DNA of 64,000 nucleotides from Chrysemys picta bellii (taxonomy: Eukaryota). The position numbers and the translations under genes are program-made. The first letter of the stretch is position 1. Each line of letters opens with the position of its first letter. Positions 12,506-24,243 of the stretch are shown in pieces. Location: contig NC_088805.1 of the NCBI RefSeq assembly GCF_011386835.1, positions 26,970,001-27,034,000 of the forward strand. Reading direction: 5' to 3'. The notes beneath the pieces were generated by a model. The model was not told the DNA's origin, did no database searches, and saw only the letters and a program-made list of their open reading frames with translations.

Positions 12506-13496
12506 TCAACAAGGCACATTAGGCATCTTAGCAGGCCATAATTCTGTGCCCATGAAGTAAGAGTATTTAAGAACAAGACAGTTAGGGGGCTGCTGACACT
12601 TTTGGTCATTAATCAGTGTTCTGATTATTAAAGGTGGTTTTAAAAGTAAATAGTTGCTGTATTAGATAAAAAGATGTTACACAATACTTCAAAGAGCTAA
12701 CAGGGTTATACTGCTTTGAGTATTAGACTGCATTTTAAACTAAAATTACTGTCCATCGTAATTAGCAGAGAGTTTATACAAGATTACAGTTAGCACAAGA
12801 ATATTAAAATGGGCCTATTTAATACATCTAACAAACACAAACAACACTTTTGTTTAAATCCGTTTTCTGTGCAGGTTCAATTTAAGTTTTGGCTATACCA
12901 GAGGAGGTTTTTGTGCTGCAATATAGAGTTTAGGAAGAGGAATCTCAGATGTAGAGTATTTTAAATGTAGAGCTAATGTACCATCCTTAATTTTCAAGTT
13001 ATGATTTTTTTTTTAATTTAACTGACCTCCAATTTGTTTCTTCAAATACCCTTGGCATATTGTGCTATTTAGAGATTTCCATTTATAAATTAGTATTAAT
13101 TAGCTGAGGCACGCTCCCTTAGGGCAGGAAAAACTATTTCCCATATATTTAACAGTCTTATTTTAGGTCTCCTTAATATCACTCTATAGCAGAAGTATGA
13201 GGGATAATCTGATTGATGAGGCTTAAATTAAACAGTGGAAAATATCCTAGCAGTCTAATGCCAAAGTCCCAAGTGTGAATTGAAGGATTTAAAAGGATAC
13301 CTCTGCTTAGAGCACAAGATCTCAAATGTGATCTAGGAAAAACTATCCTTTGGCCTTCAATATACAAACTCAGGAATTCACCATTCCCTCACTATAATCT
13401 CTAGATATCTATTACTTATGTGTCCTTTCTTAATGCATAGACAGTTTGCTATCTAAAACTTAGAGCTTTTTGCCTGAAATTATCGAGTGAATCTCA

Positions 13497-13655
<159 letters not shown>

Positions 13656-13958
13656 CTACAACAGAATAAAACAAGCACTCATTATTTCAACAATGATGAT
13701 TACCTATTTACAAAAAAATTAAAGTGGGATGGTGCAGCAGTCCAGCACTAGGATTATAAAAGCCTGTGCCTAGAGAGGCCAACATCAGGAAGAATTACTT
13801 TTGACTTCATCTCGGATTCAAACAATTCACATAAATTTGATATGTATAGAAACTTTCCATAAAAAGACACCTATTTCCTTCAAAAACAGTTTAAAGAAAG
13901 TCTCTGGTATTCTACCTTTCAGCTTTTTATAGCTATTAACTCTGAATAAGCAGGATTA

Positions 13959-14189
<231 letters not shown>

Positions 14190-14959
14190 TTAAAGAAAAG
14201 AGACGCAATTTGTTTTTCTATATTATGAATAGTACGTATGACACAGTCTTGTTAACCTCACTTGAACTTCCTCCTCTACCATCACTTGGGCACACACATA
14301 CACAATGTAGCCTTTGCCCCTTTCCCGTAGAAGGAATCTGCTTTTAAACTGCCAAGTCACCATAATTGGAATCTGTCCAACTGTAAAGATCTTTTATGTG
14401 TTTATTGTAATTTAGGGCATACAGAGAATTCAACCATGGGCATGGCTCTGGAAAGTTAAACATTTAGTATATTTAGCAGAAAATAAATCTAACTTCTCAC
14501 TTTCCACTAAAAAAAGTATGAGTAATTAACTCTGTTCTACAGAGACAAAGTACAAATATGAATGTGCTGCAGAACAATTTGGTTAGATATTCATGACAGA
14601 TTTGGCCAAACCATTGTCATTTGCTGATTGAAAGAAAGGTTCTAGATACCAGGTGGGTGGCCTTCTGCTCCAGATCTGGCTTCTTCATTACTAAGTCAAC
14701 AAGCATCTTGCATTTCTCAATCCCTGAAGACAGTTAAGTAGCAATCCCAACCTGTCCTCAGCTGGAAGAGAGTATGTGGGGTGGAGACGGAAAGATTGGG
14801 ATGGGTCACAGGAAGGGGAAGGGAATGTTGTAGGAGAGGAGAGTGTGCGCTATCTAGGTGGAAACAAGTGTTCTGGACAGAGAACTCTAATTTAGCTTGA
14901 GCACATATGTCTACTGTGGGGTTCCTTCCTGTGAAACATTTAGCACTGGGCACTGCCAT

Positions 14960-15002
14960 AGACAGGCTATTGGACTAGATGGACCTCAGGTCTAATCCAA
15001 TG
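14960..15002 (+). mobile_element. Short CR1 3'-end fragment
   Basis: GGACTAGATGGACCTCAGGTCTAATCCA resembles the CR1 3' tail, which is seen inverted at 17781. Confidence 0.4.
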
Positions 15003-15334
15003 TAACAACAATTCCTACATTCTGAGATCAGATTATAAAAGGTTTAAGTTTGAACCAGCAGTAACACATGACATGACAGTGTTAAGGAGCCCATACATGC
15101 ACTGCTTTGCCTCATACCCATAAGACTTAAAACGAGGGCACTATGACTACAGGAGGTGTACTGGAAGTACTGGTAAATCTATTGGATAATTGATGGAACA
15201 AAGATTAAAAGGAGTGTGCTAGTTCAGCAGTACACTGTGCTAGCCTTCAAGACCCTAAAACATAACTGAAGACCATATAAATTCCAACAAGTCATTCACA
15301 TTACAAACAGTTAAAAAGAAAAGCTAGTGAGCTA

Positions 15335-15595
<261 letters not shown>

Positions 15596-16230
15596 TTATA
15601 AATACTCATCTACGTTTAGTTTTTAAATAATTCTGTTCCTTAGTAACTGGCAATGAAAAATTATGCTGTGTCTCATTATTTAATATTGGAAGCTAAATAT
15701 TCACATTGAGATAGCTAGGAATGTACATGCATTTTATAGCCAACAATAATTGAATAATGTTTAAAGTAGGTGCATTTTGTTTTGGTAGACTGAGGAGCTT
15801 TATTACTCTCTACCAGAGTAACCCTCACAAAGCACTAGGCTGCTTTCCGGAGTACTTGGAGGATATTGCTTCTACAGATCTATGCTCTTTGAGTTGTTTG
15901 GTAAAACAAATGGACCTGATGGAGCATTAAAAAGCAGTTTTCACCTAGTGGAGCCACTTCTTGAAGTCATCTATAAAGGGAGGCTTGCAAACTACTCCCT
16001 AAAAGTCTGCAACTGTTATAGAATTACAATATAACTGAGGGGCAAGATTCCATTGAACTAGATATCCTCCAGTCCTTGCACACATGCATTGGGGAATGCA
16101 ACCTCCCTTTGAGTCAGCATGGTTTAGGGTAGAACTACAGAAGTAGGGATCTGTAGCAATAACCGTCAGAAGGAGAACTGACATTAAGCCCTTGGAAAAA
16201 GGAGAGTCTTATGGCTTAAATACAAAAATG

Positions 16231-16335
16231 GGACTCAGGAGATCTGGGCTTTATTCCTGGCTCTGACACCAACTCACTCTGTGGTCTTGGGAAAGAGTCA
16301 ACTTGTGTGTTAGATTTCCCAACTGGTAGAATGCA
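16231..16335 (+). mobile_element. MIR/CORE-SINE-like fragment
   Basis: GGACTCAGGAGATCTGGGCTTTATTCCTGGCTCTGACACC...GTGGTCTTGGGAAAGAGTC resembles the tRNA-derived B box and the CORE domain. Confidence 0.55.
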
Positions 16336-16666
16336 GATTTGTCTATTTCAAAGGAGTCTTGCCCAAACGAAGCATTAAGGACCTATATTAGTGGACATTA
16401 CAGTCTGAAAACTAGAATTTGGGAAAACATCCAATAGTTCTTTGAAATATTTAACATCTGACTAGAAGTTTCTCAAAACATAGTGAATATATAATTAATT
16501 CCCTTAAGTATTTATATGCATTGCAATGCTCATCTCTTTTAAACATAGTTATTACTTCTAATAAACCTGTGTTCCCCAAATAGCATCTAGCAATATTGTA
16601 AGTTAAAACTGACTAGCTTCCATTACAGAAGTGCAAAATTAAAACAGAACCACTTCTTAAAACTTA

Positions 16667-16888
<222 letters not shown>

Positions 16889-18761
16889 CTAAAATACAAA
16901 GTTTAACAGAAAACGTGGGCACTTATATGCGGGGACTGGAAGATGATTTTACACAGGGGACAAAAATCTAAAGTGGGTGAGTAAGGAGGTGCAGAATTGA
17001 GATGGGGCCGTTAAGGTGAAGGACAGGAAGTTTAAACTTGATTGAACTGACAGGCACAGAAGATGACCTGAGTAGCAACAGTGTTTCCAATGCTGTTATT
17101 CTGATTATGCCTATAATCAACATGTGAACATTACAATACACACACAATGCAACTAGTTGAGACTGATTGCTGAAGTGCAAGGAAACTGGGTTCAAGAGAA
17201 ACCTCTCTATTTACTCCACCCAAACATCCACAATCAAGGGGACCACTACACAATATTCCTTGCTTGTCTAACAAAACTGACTCAGAGGTCAACTATCTTA
17301 GTTCTTCAGGCCATACACTTAGGTGCCCAAACCAAAAGACAGTTTGCTGATTTCCCATCTCTTACTCTAATTAGGCTGAAGAGAAGAAGTTTCTGCCTTA
17401 GGGAGATGGCAGTGCCTTTGATTTATTGTCCCAAGTGATCAGAGATGTGCTCAGATGCTTTGGGGGAGGGGGAAGGAAGGAAAAAGCCCAATTCTACCAA
17501 CTGGGTAAATTACAAGTACCATATTTTGTCAACGTTTTGGTGTGAACCAGTAAGATATTTCTGATGCTGAACTATGCCCACGATACCTTATTTTTAAGTA
17601 ATTTTTTGAACAATGCACTGCTGAACAACATTCCTAAAAAATGGAAAGAGCAATTGATGAAAGCTATCACTAGTTGGGTGAAAACTGATTCTAATTTCTA
17701 ATTTTTCAGGCTCCAATACATGCAATCATTTACCCATTGTCCTAGGAAAAATACAAGGGGTGGTCCCTCAAAGTTTAAGAGCAAAGGTCCATCTAGCCCA
17801 GTATCCTGTCTTCCGATAGTGGCCAATGCCAGGTGTCCCAGAGGGAATGAACAGAACAGGTAATCATCAAGTGATCCATCCCTGTCAGCCATTCCCAGCT
17901 TCTGACGTCCACCATCCCTGCCCATCCTGGCTAATAGCCATTGATGGACCTATCCTCCATGAATTTATCTAGTTCTTTTTTGAACCCTGTTATAGTCTTG
18001 ACCTTCACAACATCCTCTGGCAAGGAGTTCCACAGGTTGACTGTGCGCTGTGTGAAAAAAATACTTCCTTTTGTTTTAAACTTGCTGCCTATTAATTTAA
18101 TTTGGTGGCCCCTAGTTTCGTGTTATGAGAAGGAGTAAATAACACTTCCTTATTTACTTTCCTCCACACCAGTCATGATTTTGTAGACCTCTATCATATC
18201 CCCACTTAGTCGTCTCTTTTCCAAGCTGAAAAGTCCCAGTCTTATTACTCTCTCCTCATCCAGCAGCCGTTCCATACCCCTAATAATTTTTGCTGCCCTT
18301 TTCTGAATCTTTTCCAAGTCCAATGTATCTTTTTTGAGATGGGGTGACCACATCTGCACGCAGTATTCAAGATGTGGGTTTACCATGGATTTATATAGAG
18401 GCAATAGGCTCTCTCTTTCTTAATGATTCCTAACATTTTGTTCACTTACAGATCCTTTCGTAGCTCTTTGCAGTCTGGCTGGGACTTAACCATCTTGAGT
18501 AGTTTTGTATCATCTACAAATTTTGCCACCTCACTGTTTACCCCTTTTTCCAGATTATTTATGAATGTTAAATAGGACTGGGCCCAGTACAGACCCCCGA
18601 GGGACACTACTATTTACCTCTCTCCATTCTGAAAACTGACCATTTATTCCTACCCTTTGTTTCCTATCTTTTAAACAGTTATCAATCCATGAGAAAACCT
18701 TCCCTCTTATCCCATGACTGCTTACTTTGCTTAAGAGCCTTTGGTGAGGGACCTTGTCAAA

Positions 18762-19046
18762 GGGTATGTCTACACTTCCCGGAGGGTCCCACGGCAGGCA
18801 ATTGATGTTCTGGGATCGATTTATCGCGTCTGGTTAAGACGCGATAAATCGATCCCGGAAGTGCTCGCCGTCGACGCCGGTACTCCAGCTCGGCAAGAGG
18901 AGTACGCGGCATCGACGGGGGGGCCTCCCTGCCGCGTCTGGACCCGCAGTAAGTTTGGACTAAGGTACTTCGAATTCAGCTACGTTATTAACGTAGCTGA
19001 ATTTGCGTACCTTAGTCCGAAGTGGGGGCTTAGTGGGGACCAGGCC
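18762..19046. mobile_element. PIF/Harbinger-type MITE, copy 1, nested in CR1
   Basis: Ends GGGTATGTCTACACT ... AGTGGGGACCAGGCC, flanked by AAA. Perfect 19-bp internal stem at 18812-18830/18838-18856. Confidence 0.8.
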
Positions 19047-19049
19047 AAA

Positions 19050-19370
19050 GGCTAGGTCTACACTACGGGAGGGGGCTGGGGGTAGGGGGGGCGGAGAGGT
19101 CGACCTAAGATACGCAACTTCAGCTATGCGAATAGCGTATCTGAAGTTGCGTATTTTAGGTCGACTTACCTGGCTGTGAGGACGGCAGCGAGTCGACCGC
19201 TGCCGCTCCCCCGTCAACTCCGCTTCCGCCTCTCGCTGCGGTGGAGTTCCGGAGTCTATGGCAGAGCGATCGGAGATTGATTTTATCACGTCTACACTGG
19301 ACGTGATAAAAATTGATCCTTGATAGATCGATCGCTACCTGCTGATCCGGCGGGTAGTGAAGACGTGCCC
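19050..19370. mobile_element. PIF/Harbinger-type MITE, copy 2, a related family in opposite orientation
   Basis: Ends GGCTAGGTCTACACTAC ... GTAGTGAAGACGTGCCC, flanked by AAA. Its reverse complement aligns by eye with copy 1. Confidence 0.8.
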
Positions 19371-19726
19371 AAAGGCTTTCTGAAAATCCAAATTCACTAT
19401 ATCCACTGGATCCCCTTGTCCACATGCTTGTTGACCCCCCCCCACCCTCAAAAGAATTCTAGTAGATTGGTGAGGCATGATTTCCCTTTACAAAAACTAT
19501 GTTGACTATTCCCCAACAAATTATGTTCACCTATGTGTGACAGTTTTATTCTTGACTATAGTTTCAACCAATTTGCCTGGTACTGAAGTCAGATTTACCA
19601 GCCTGTAATTGCCGAGCTTAAAACAAAAAACAACAACAACTGAAATTTGTCAGATTTAGGCATTAGTTTGACGGGATATAATTTGTTTTAAAAGTAAAAT
19701 CTCTTTTACAGCCATGCAAGCTTCTA

Positions 19727-20107
<381 letters not shown>

Positions 20108-20561
20108 TTAGGAGACGCTTTTATTTCTTTGGTAGGACAGTACACAAATTATTTTCACAAGCCAAAGTAGCTCAAACATTAATTTATAAGAGGAAAATAG
20201 CATTTTTATCCTACAGTATCTAACAGTTTTTAATTCAGGCCTCTATAAACTTGCATGCCACCCCCGCCAACCCTACCTCGATGTTTGTTCAAAACTAGTA
20301 TGTGACAAGGTTCAGCAAGCATGCAATGCACATCAAGTCAGATTTTCCCCCACTTATGGGGCTCTTCCAGACTCATCTCTGTATTTTGGCATACTCAGTC
20401 TTCATGGTATCTTGCCTCAAATGTTCATTTCTTGTACTATGGTCTGAATCCAGACCATTTTGAAAAGCAGACTACAAGCGACACTGAGAAAGGAGAGGAA
20501 CTGAAATAGAACTGGGAAAAGACGGTTACTCACCGTTGTAACTGTTGTTCTTCGAGATGTG

Positions 20562-20726
20562 TTGCTCATATCCATTCCATTAGGTGTGCGCGCGCCGCGT
20601 GCACGATCGTCGGAAGATTTTTACCCTAGCAACACCGGCGGGTCGGCTGTGGAGCCCCCTAGAGTGGCGCCTTCATGGCGCTGAATATATACCCCAGCCG
20701 ACCCGGCGCCCCCTCAGTTCCTTCTT
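20562..20726. repeat. DIRS 3' inverted terminal repeat core (165 bp)
   Basis: Base-by-base identical to the reverse complement of 26581-26745. Confidence 0.95.
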
Positions 20727-20763
20727 GCCGGCTACTCCGACAGTGGGGACGGAGGGCGGGTTT

Positions 20764-20863
20764 GGAATGGATATGAGCAACACATCTCGAAGAACAACAG
20801 TTACAACGGTGAGTAACCGTCTTTTCTTCTTCGAGTGCTTGCTCATATCCATTCCATTAGGTG
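20764..20863. repeat. DIRS internal complementary region (ICR, 100 bp)
   Basis: 20764-20825 is the reverse complement of the element end 20517-20578, and 20824-20863 is the reverse complement of 26721-26760. The two halves overlap in TT. Confidence 0.93.
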
Positions 20864-20878
20864 ACTCCCAAGCCCAAC

Positions 20879-23767
20879 TTAGGTGGTGGGGTCGGAGTGA
20901 GACATTGCTGTGTGCAAAACCGCTGATCCAAAGGCAGCATCGTCCCTGGACTGCTGCACTAGTGCATAGTGTTCTGTAAACGTGTGGACTGACGACCAAA
21001 CCGCAGCTCTACAAATGTCCTGGATCGGAACTTGCGCCAGGAAAGCCGTCGAGGACGCTTGGGCCCTCGTGGAGTGAGCGGTGAGGTGCGGTGCTGAGAC
21101 ACCTGCCAGGTCATAGCAAGTCCGGATGCAAGACGTAATCCAGGAGGATAGGCGTTGTGAGGAGACCGGTGAGCCTTTCATTCGGTCGGCCACTGCAACG
21201 AAGAGTTGCGTCGTCTTTCTAAAGGGCCTTGTGCGGTCAATGTAGAAGGCCAGGGCCCTGCGTACGTCCAGGGAATGCAAACGTTGATCCTGGCGAGAAG
21301 CATGTGGTTTAGGGTGAAAGACCGGGAGAAATATATCCTGGTTGATATGAAATGGAGAAACCACCTTAGGGAGAAAGGCAGGATGTGGGCGGAGCTGCAC
21401 TTTATCCTTATGGAAAACTGTGTAAGGGGGCTCGGATGTAAGCGCCCTGAGTTCAGAAACGCGCCTTGCTGAGGTGATGGCTACGAGGAAGGCTGTCTTC
21501 CAGGACAGGTACAGAAGTGAACAGGTGGCCAGTGGCTCGAATGGAGGACCTGTGAGCTTGGAGAGAACCAGGTTGAGGTCCCACGTCGGAACGGGCTGAC
21601 GTTGTTGTGGGTACATCCGGTCTAAGCCCTTGAGGAATCTAACGACTATCGGGTTAGAGAATACCGAGGACGCGAGTTCCCCTGGATGGAAGGCCGATAT
21701 AGCGGCCAGGTGAACTCTAATTGAAGATATCGCCAACCCTTGCTGTTTTAGGGAGAGGAGATATTCCAAAATAAGAGGAATAGGTGCGTGCAATGGGGAC
21801 GTGGCTCGTTGTTCGCACCAACAGGAGAAGCGCTTCCACTTGGCCAAGTATGTGGTCCGTGTTGAGGGCTTCCTACTGCTCAGCAGAATCTGTTGGACAG
21901 AGTGTGAACACTGTTGCTCTGCCTGGGTGAACCATGGAGCAGCCACGCCGTGAGGTGGAGTGATTGCAGGTCGGGGTGACGCAGCCGGCCGTGGTTCTGC
22001 GTGATGAGATCCGGATACAACGGAAGCGGGATCGGTGTCTGAACCGAGAGTTCCAACAGCGTGGTGTACCAATGTTGTCTCGGCCACGCTGGAGCGACCA
22101 GAATTACCTGTGCCTGGTCTCTGCGCAATTTGAGCAGTACCTTGTGGACCAGAGGAAACGGAGGGAAGGCATAAAACAGGTGGTCTTTCCAGGGAAGGAG
22201 AAACGCATCCGAGAGGGAGCCTGGGGCTCGACCTTGCAGGGAGCAGAACACGTGGCACTTCCTGTTGTCTCGAGATGCAAACAGGTCTATCTGGGGAAAC
22301 CCCCACTTCTGGAAGACGGAATGTATGATGTCCGGACGGATAGACCACTCGTGCGTTTGAAAGGACCTGCTGAGTCGGTCCGCTAAAGTGTTCTGGACTC
22401 CAGGGAGGAACGATGCCGTGAGATGGATTGAGTGGGCGATGCAGAAGTCCCACAGGCGAATGGCCTCTTGGCATAGAATTGACGAACGTGCTCCTCCTTG
22501 CTTGTTGATGTAAAACATGGCCGTGGTGTTGTCGGTGAGAACTAACACACAGCGGCCCCGTAGGAGATTGAGAAATGCCTGGCACGCCAGGCGCACCGCC
22601 ATCAGTTCCCGAACATTGATGTGTAGGGCTAGCTGAGGTGCAGTCCACAGGCCCTGGGTATGGTGCTCGTTGAGATGGGCGCCCCAACCCAGAGATGAAG
22701 CGTCTGTGACCAGGTGCAGAGAGGGTTGTGGGGCGTGAAACGGCATCCCCTCGCAAACCACATTGTGATCTAGCCACCATGTGAGGGAGGTCAGGACCGA
22801 GTTCGGGATTGTGACCACCATATTCAGGCTGTCCCGATGTGGGCGGTATATTGATGACACCCAGGTCTGGAGTGGGCGAAGCCGAAGTCTGGCATGCCTG
22901 GTTACGTACGTGCAGGAAGCCATGTGACCCAGGAGGGTAAGGCACGACCTCACCGTGGTAGTTGGGAAGGCCTTGAGTCCTTGGATGAGGCTCGTGATGG
23001 TGCAAAAGCGATTGTCTGGCAGGATGGCTTGTGCGCGTCTGGAGTCTAGAACCGCACCGATGAATTCTATTCTCTGGGTAGGTTCTAGAGTGGATTTGTC
23101 CTTGTTGAGTAGGATACCCAACTTGTTGAATGTGCGCACTATTATGTGGACGTGATCGCGAACTTGTTCCTTGGTGCGACCACGTACCAGCCAGTCGTCT
23201 AGGTACGGGAACACCTGTATCCCTTGCCGACGAAGGTACGCTGCCACGACAGCCATACATTTCGTGAAGACCCGTGGGGCCGAAGATAGGCCGAAGGGAA
23301 GGACTGCAAATTGGTAGTGCACCCTGTTTACCACGAATCGGAGGAAGCGTCTGTGAGGCGGGTAAATAGCAATGTGAAAGTATGCGTCTTTCATGTCGAG
23401 GGCGGCAAACCAGTCTCCAGGATCGAGGGAAGGGATAATGGCCCCCAGAGAGACCATGCGGAACTTCAACTTTACTACGAATTTGTTGAGTCCGCGCAAG
23501 TCCAAGATGGGTCGCAGACCTCCTTTGGACTTGGGGATGAGGAAGTAACGGGAATAGAATCCCCTGCCCCTTAAATCCACCGGAACCTCCTCTATGGCCC
23601 CCATGGCGAGGAGCGTAGAGACTTCCTGTATAAGAAGTTGCTCGTGAGAAGGGTCCCTGAAGAGGGACGGGGAAGGGGGGGAGGAGGGGGGAAATGAAGA
23701 AAACTGGATAGCGTATCCCCTCTCCACCGTGCGGAGGACCCAACGGTCCGAAGTTATAAGGGACCAA
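20879..23767 (-). CDS. DIRS ORF3, tyrosine recombinase. The recognisable YR domain is about 20879-21934; the upstream part overlaps ORF2 in another frame.
   Basis: 962-aa open frame with SARRVSEL (catalytic Arg), HSTR at 21065-21076 (H-x-x-R) and EHY (Tyr at 20966-20968). The true start codon is uncertain. Confidence 0.9.
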   Translation of the reverse strand: MVPYNFGPLGPPHGGEGIRYPVFFISPLLPPFPVPLQGPFSRATSYTGSLYAPRHGGHRGGSGGFKGQGILFPLLPHPQVQRRSATHLGLARTQQIRSKVEVPHGLSGGHYPFPRSWRLVCRPRHERRILSHCYLPASQTLPPIRGKQGALPICSPSLRPIFGPTGLHEMYGCRGSVPSSARDTGVPVPRRLAGTWSHQGTSSRSRPHNSAHIQQVGYPTQQGQIHSRTYPENRIHRCGSRLQTRTSHPARQSLLHHHEPHPRTQGLPNYHGEVVPYPPGSHGFLHVRNQACQTSASPTPDLGVINIPPTSGQPEYGGHNPELGPDLPHMVARSQCGLRGDAVSRPTTLSAPGHRRFISGLGRPSQRAPYPGPVDCTSASPTHQCSGTDGGAPGVPGISQSPTGPLCVSSHRQHHGHVLHQQARRSTFVNSMPRGHSPVGLLHRPLNPSHGIVPPWSPEHFSGPTQQVLSNARVVYPSGHHTFRLPEVGVSPDRPVCISRQQEVPRVLLPARSSPRLPLGCVSPSLERPPVLCLPSVSSGPQGTAQIAQRPGTGNSGRSSVAETTLVHHAVGTLGSDTDPASVVSGSHHAEPRPAASPRPAITPPHGVAAPWFTQAEQQCSHSVQQILLSSRKPSTRTTYLAKWKRFSCWCEQRATSPLHAPIPLILEYLLSLKQQGLAISSIRVHLAAISAFHPGELASSVFSNPIVVRFLKGLDRMYPQQRQPVPTWDLNLVLSKLTGPPFEPLATCSLLYLSWKTAFLVAITSARRVSELRALTSEPPYTVFHKDKVQLRPHPAFLPKVVSPFHINQDIFLPVFHPKPHASRQDQRLHSLDVRRALAFYIDRTRPFRKTTQLFVAVADRMKGSPVSSQRLSSWITSCIRTCYDLAGVSAPHLTAHSTRAQASSTAFLAQVPIQDICRAAVWSSVHTFTEHYALVQQSRDDAAFGSAVLHTAMSHSDPTT

Positions 23768-24243
23768 GCACGGTGGAAGTGGGAGAGGCGATCCCGAAAG
23801 GAGGGGGCTGGATCCTGGGGGATGACTGGGGCGCCGTCCTCGACCGCACCTTCAAAAGTTCTGCCTGGGGCCTGAAGGTGGTCTAGGTGGCCCCTGGTTC
23901 TGGCCAGGTTGAGGGCCGGTCCACCTTCTTCTACCACCTCGCCCTCGCCTCCGGGCCGAGTCCTGTCTCTGACGAGGCGGGGGGGGGTAGAAGCGCTGAG
24001 GCTGCGGCCTAAACGGCCTGCGCTGGGGGCCCACAACATGCATCCCCAGGGAGCGCATGATTGTTCTCGAATCCTTGAGGCTCTGCAGGCGGGAGTCCGT
24101 CTTATCCGAGAACAATCCATGACCCTCAAAAGGCAGATCTTGTAGGGTTTGCTGCAGCTCCGGAGGCAAACCCGAAACCTGAAGCCAGGAGATCCTGCGC
24201 ATAGCGATACCCGAAGCCAGGGTCCTCGCCGCTGAGTCTGCAA
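21880..24243 (-). CDS. DIRS ORF2: reverse transcriptase, RNase H and Dam-like methyltransferase-like domain
   Basis: RPILDLR, LDMKDAYFHI, VLPFGL, YLDD (23194-23205), RNase H VTDAS / HINVREL / LTDN / ADRLSR, then DLFAS...YAFPPF. No stop over 787 codons. The track start is TTG, so the real start is uncertain. Confidence 0.93.
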   Translation of the reverse strand: MQTQRRGPWLRVSLCAGSPGFRFRVCLRSCSKPYKICLLRVMDCSRIRRTPACRASRIREQSCAPWGCMLWAPSAGRLGRSLSASTPPRLVRDRTRPGGEGEVVEEGGPALNLARTRGHLDHLQAPGRTFEGAVEDGAPVIPQDPAPSFRDRLSHFHRAWSLITSDRWVLRTVERGYAIQFSSFPPSSPPSPSLFRDPSHEQLLIQEVSTLLAMGAIEEVPVDLRGRGFYSRYFLIPKSKGGLRPILDLRGLNKFVVKLKFRMVSLGAIIPSLDPGDWFAALDMKDAYFHIAIYPPHRRFLRFVVNRVHYQFAVLPFGLSSAPRVFTKCMAVVAAYLRRQGIQVFPYLDDWLVRGRTKEQVRDHVHIIVRTFNKLGILLNKDKSTLEPTQRIEFIGAVLDSRRAQAILPDNRFCTITSLIQGLKAFPTTTVRSCLTLLGHMASCTYVTRHARLRLRPLQTWVSSIYRPHRDSLNMVVTIPNSVLTSLTWWLDHNVVCEGMPFHAPQPSLHLVTDASSLGWGAHLNEHHTQGLWTAPQLALHINVRELMAVRLACQAFLNLLRGRCVLVLTDNTTAMFYINKQGGARSSILCQEAIRLWDFCIAHSIHLTASFLPGVQNTLADRLSRSFQTHEWSIRPDIIHSVFQKWGFPQIDLFASRDNRKCHVFCSLQGRAPGSLSDAFLLPWKDHLFYAFPPFPLVHKVLLKLRRDQAQVILVAPAWPRQHWYTTLLELSVQTPIPLPLYPDLITQNHGRLRHPDLQSLHLTAWLLHGSPRQSNSVHTLSNRFC

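Larger units (their letters stand above)
17781..19614 (-). mobile_element. 5'-truncated CR1 LINE, interrupted at 18762-19370
   Basis: ORF 18150-18404 (HLEYCVQMWSPHLKKD...LGLFSLEKRRLSGDMIEVYKIM) is a typical CR1 ORF2 C-terminus. The CR1 3'UTR lies toward 17781, and the sequence resumes after the MITE pair (CCTTGTCAAA / AAAGGCTTTCTGAAAATCC). Confidence 0.9.
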
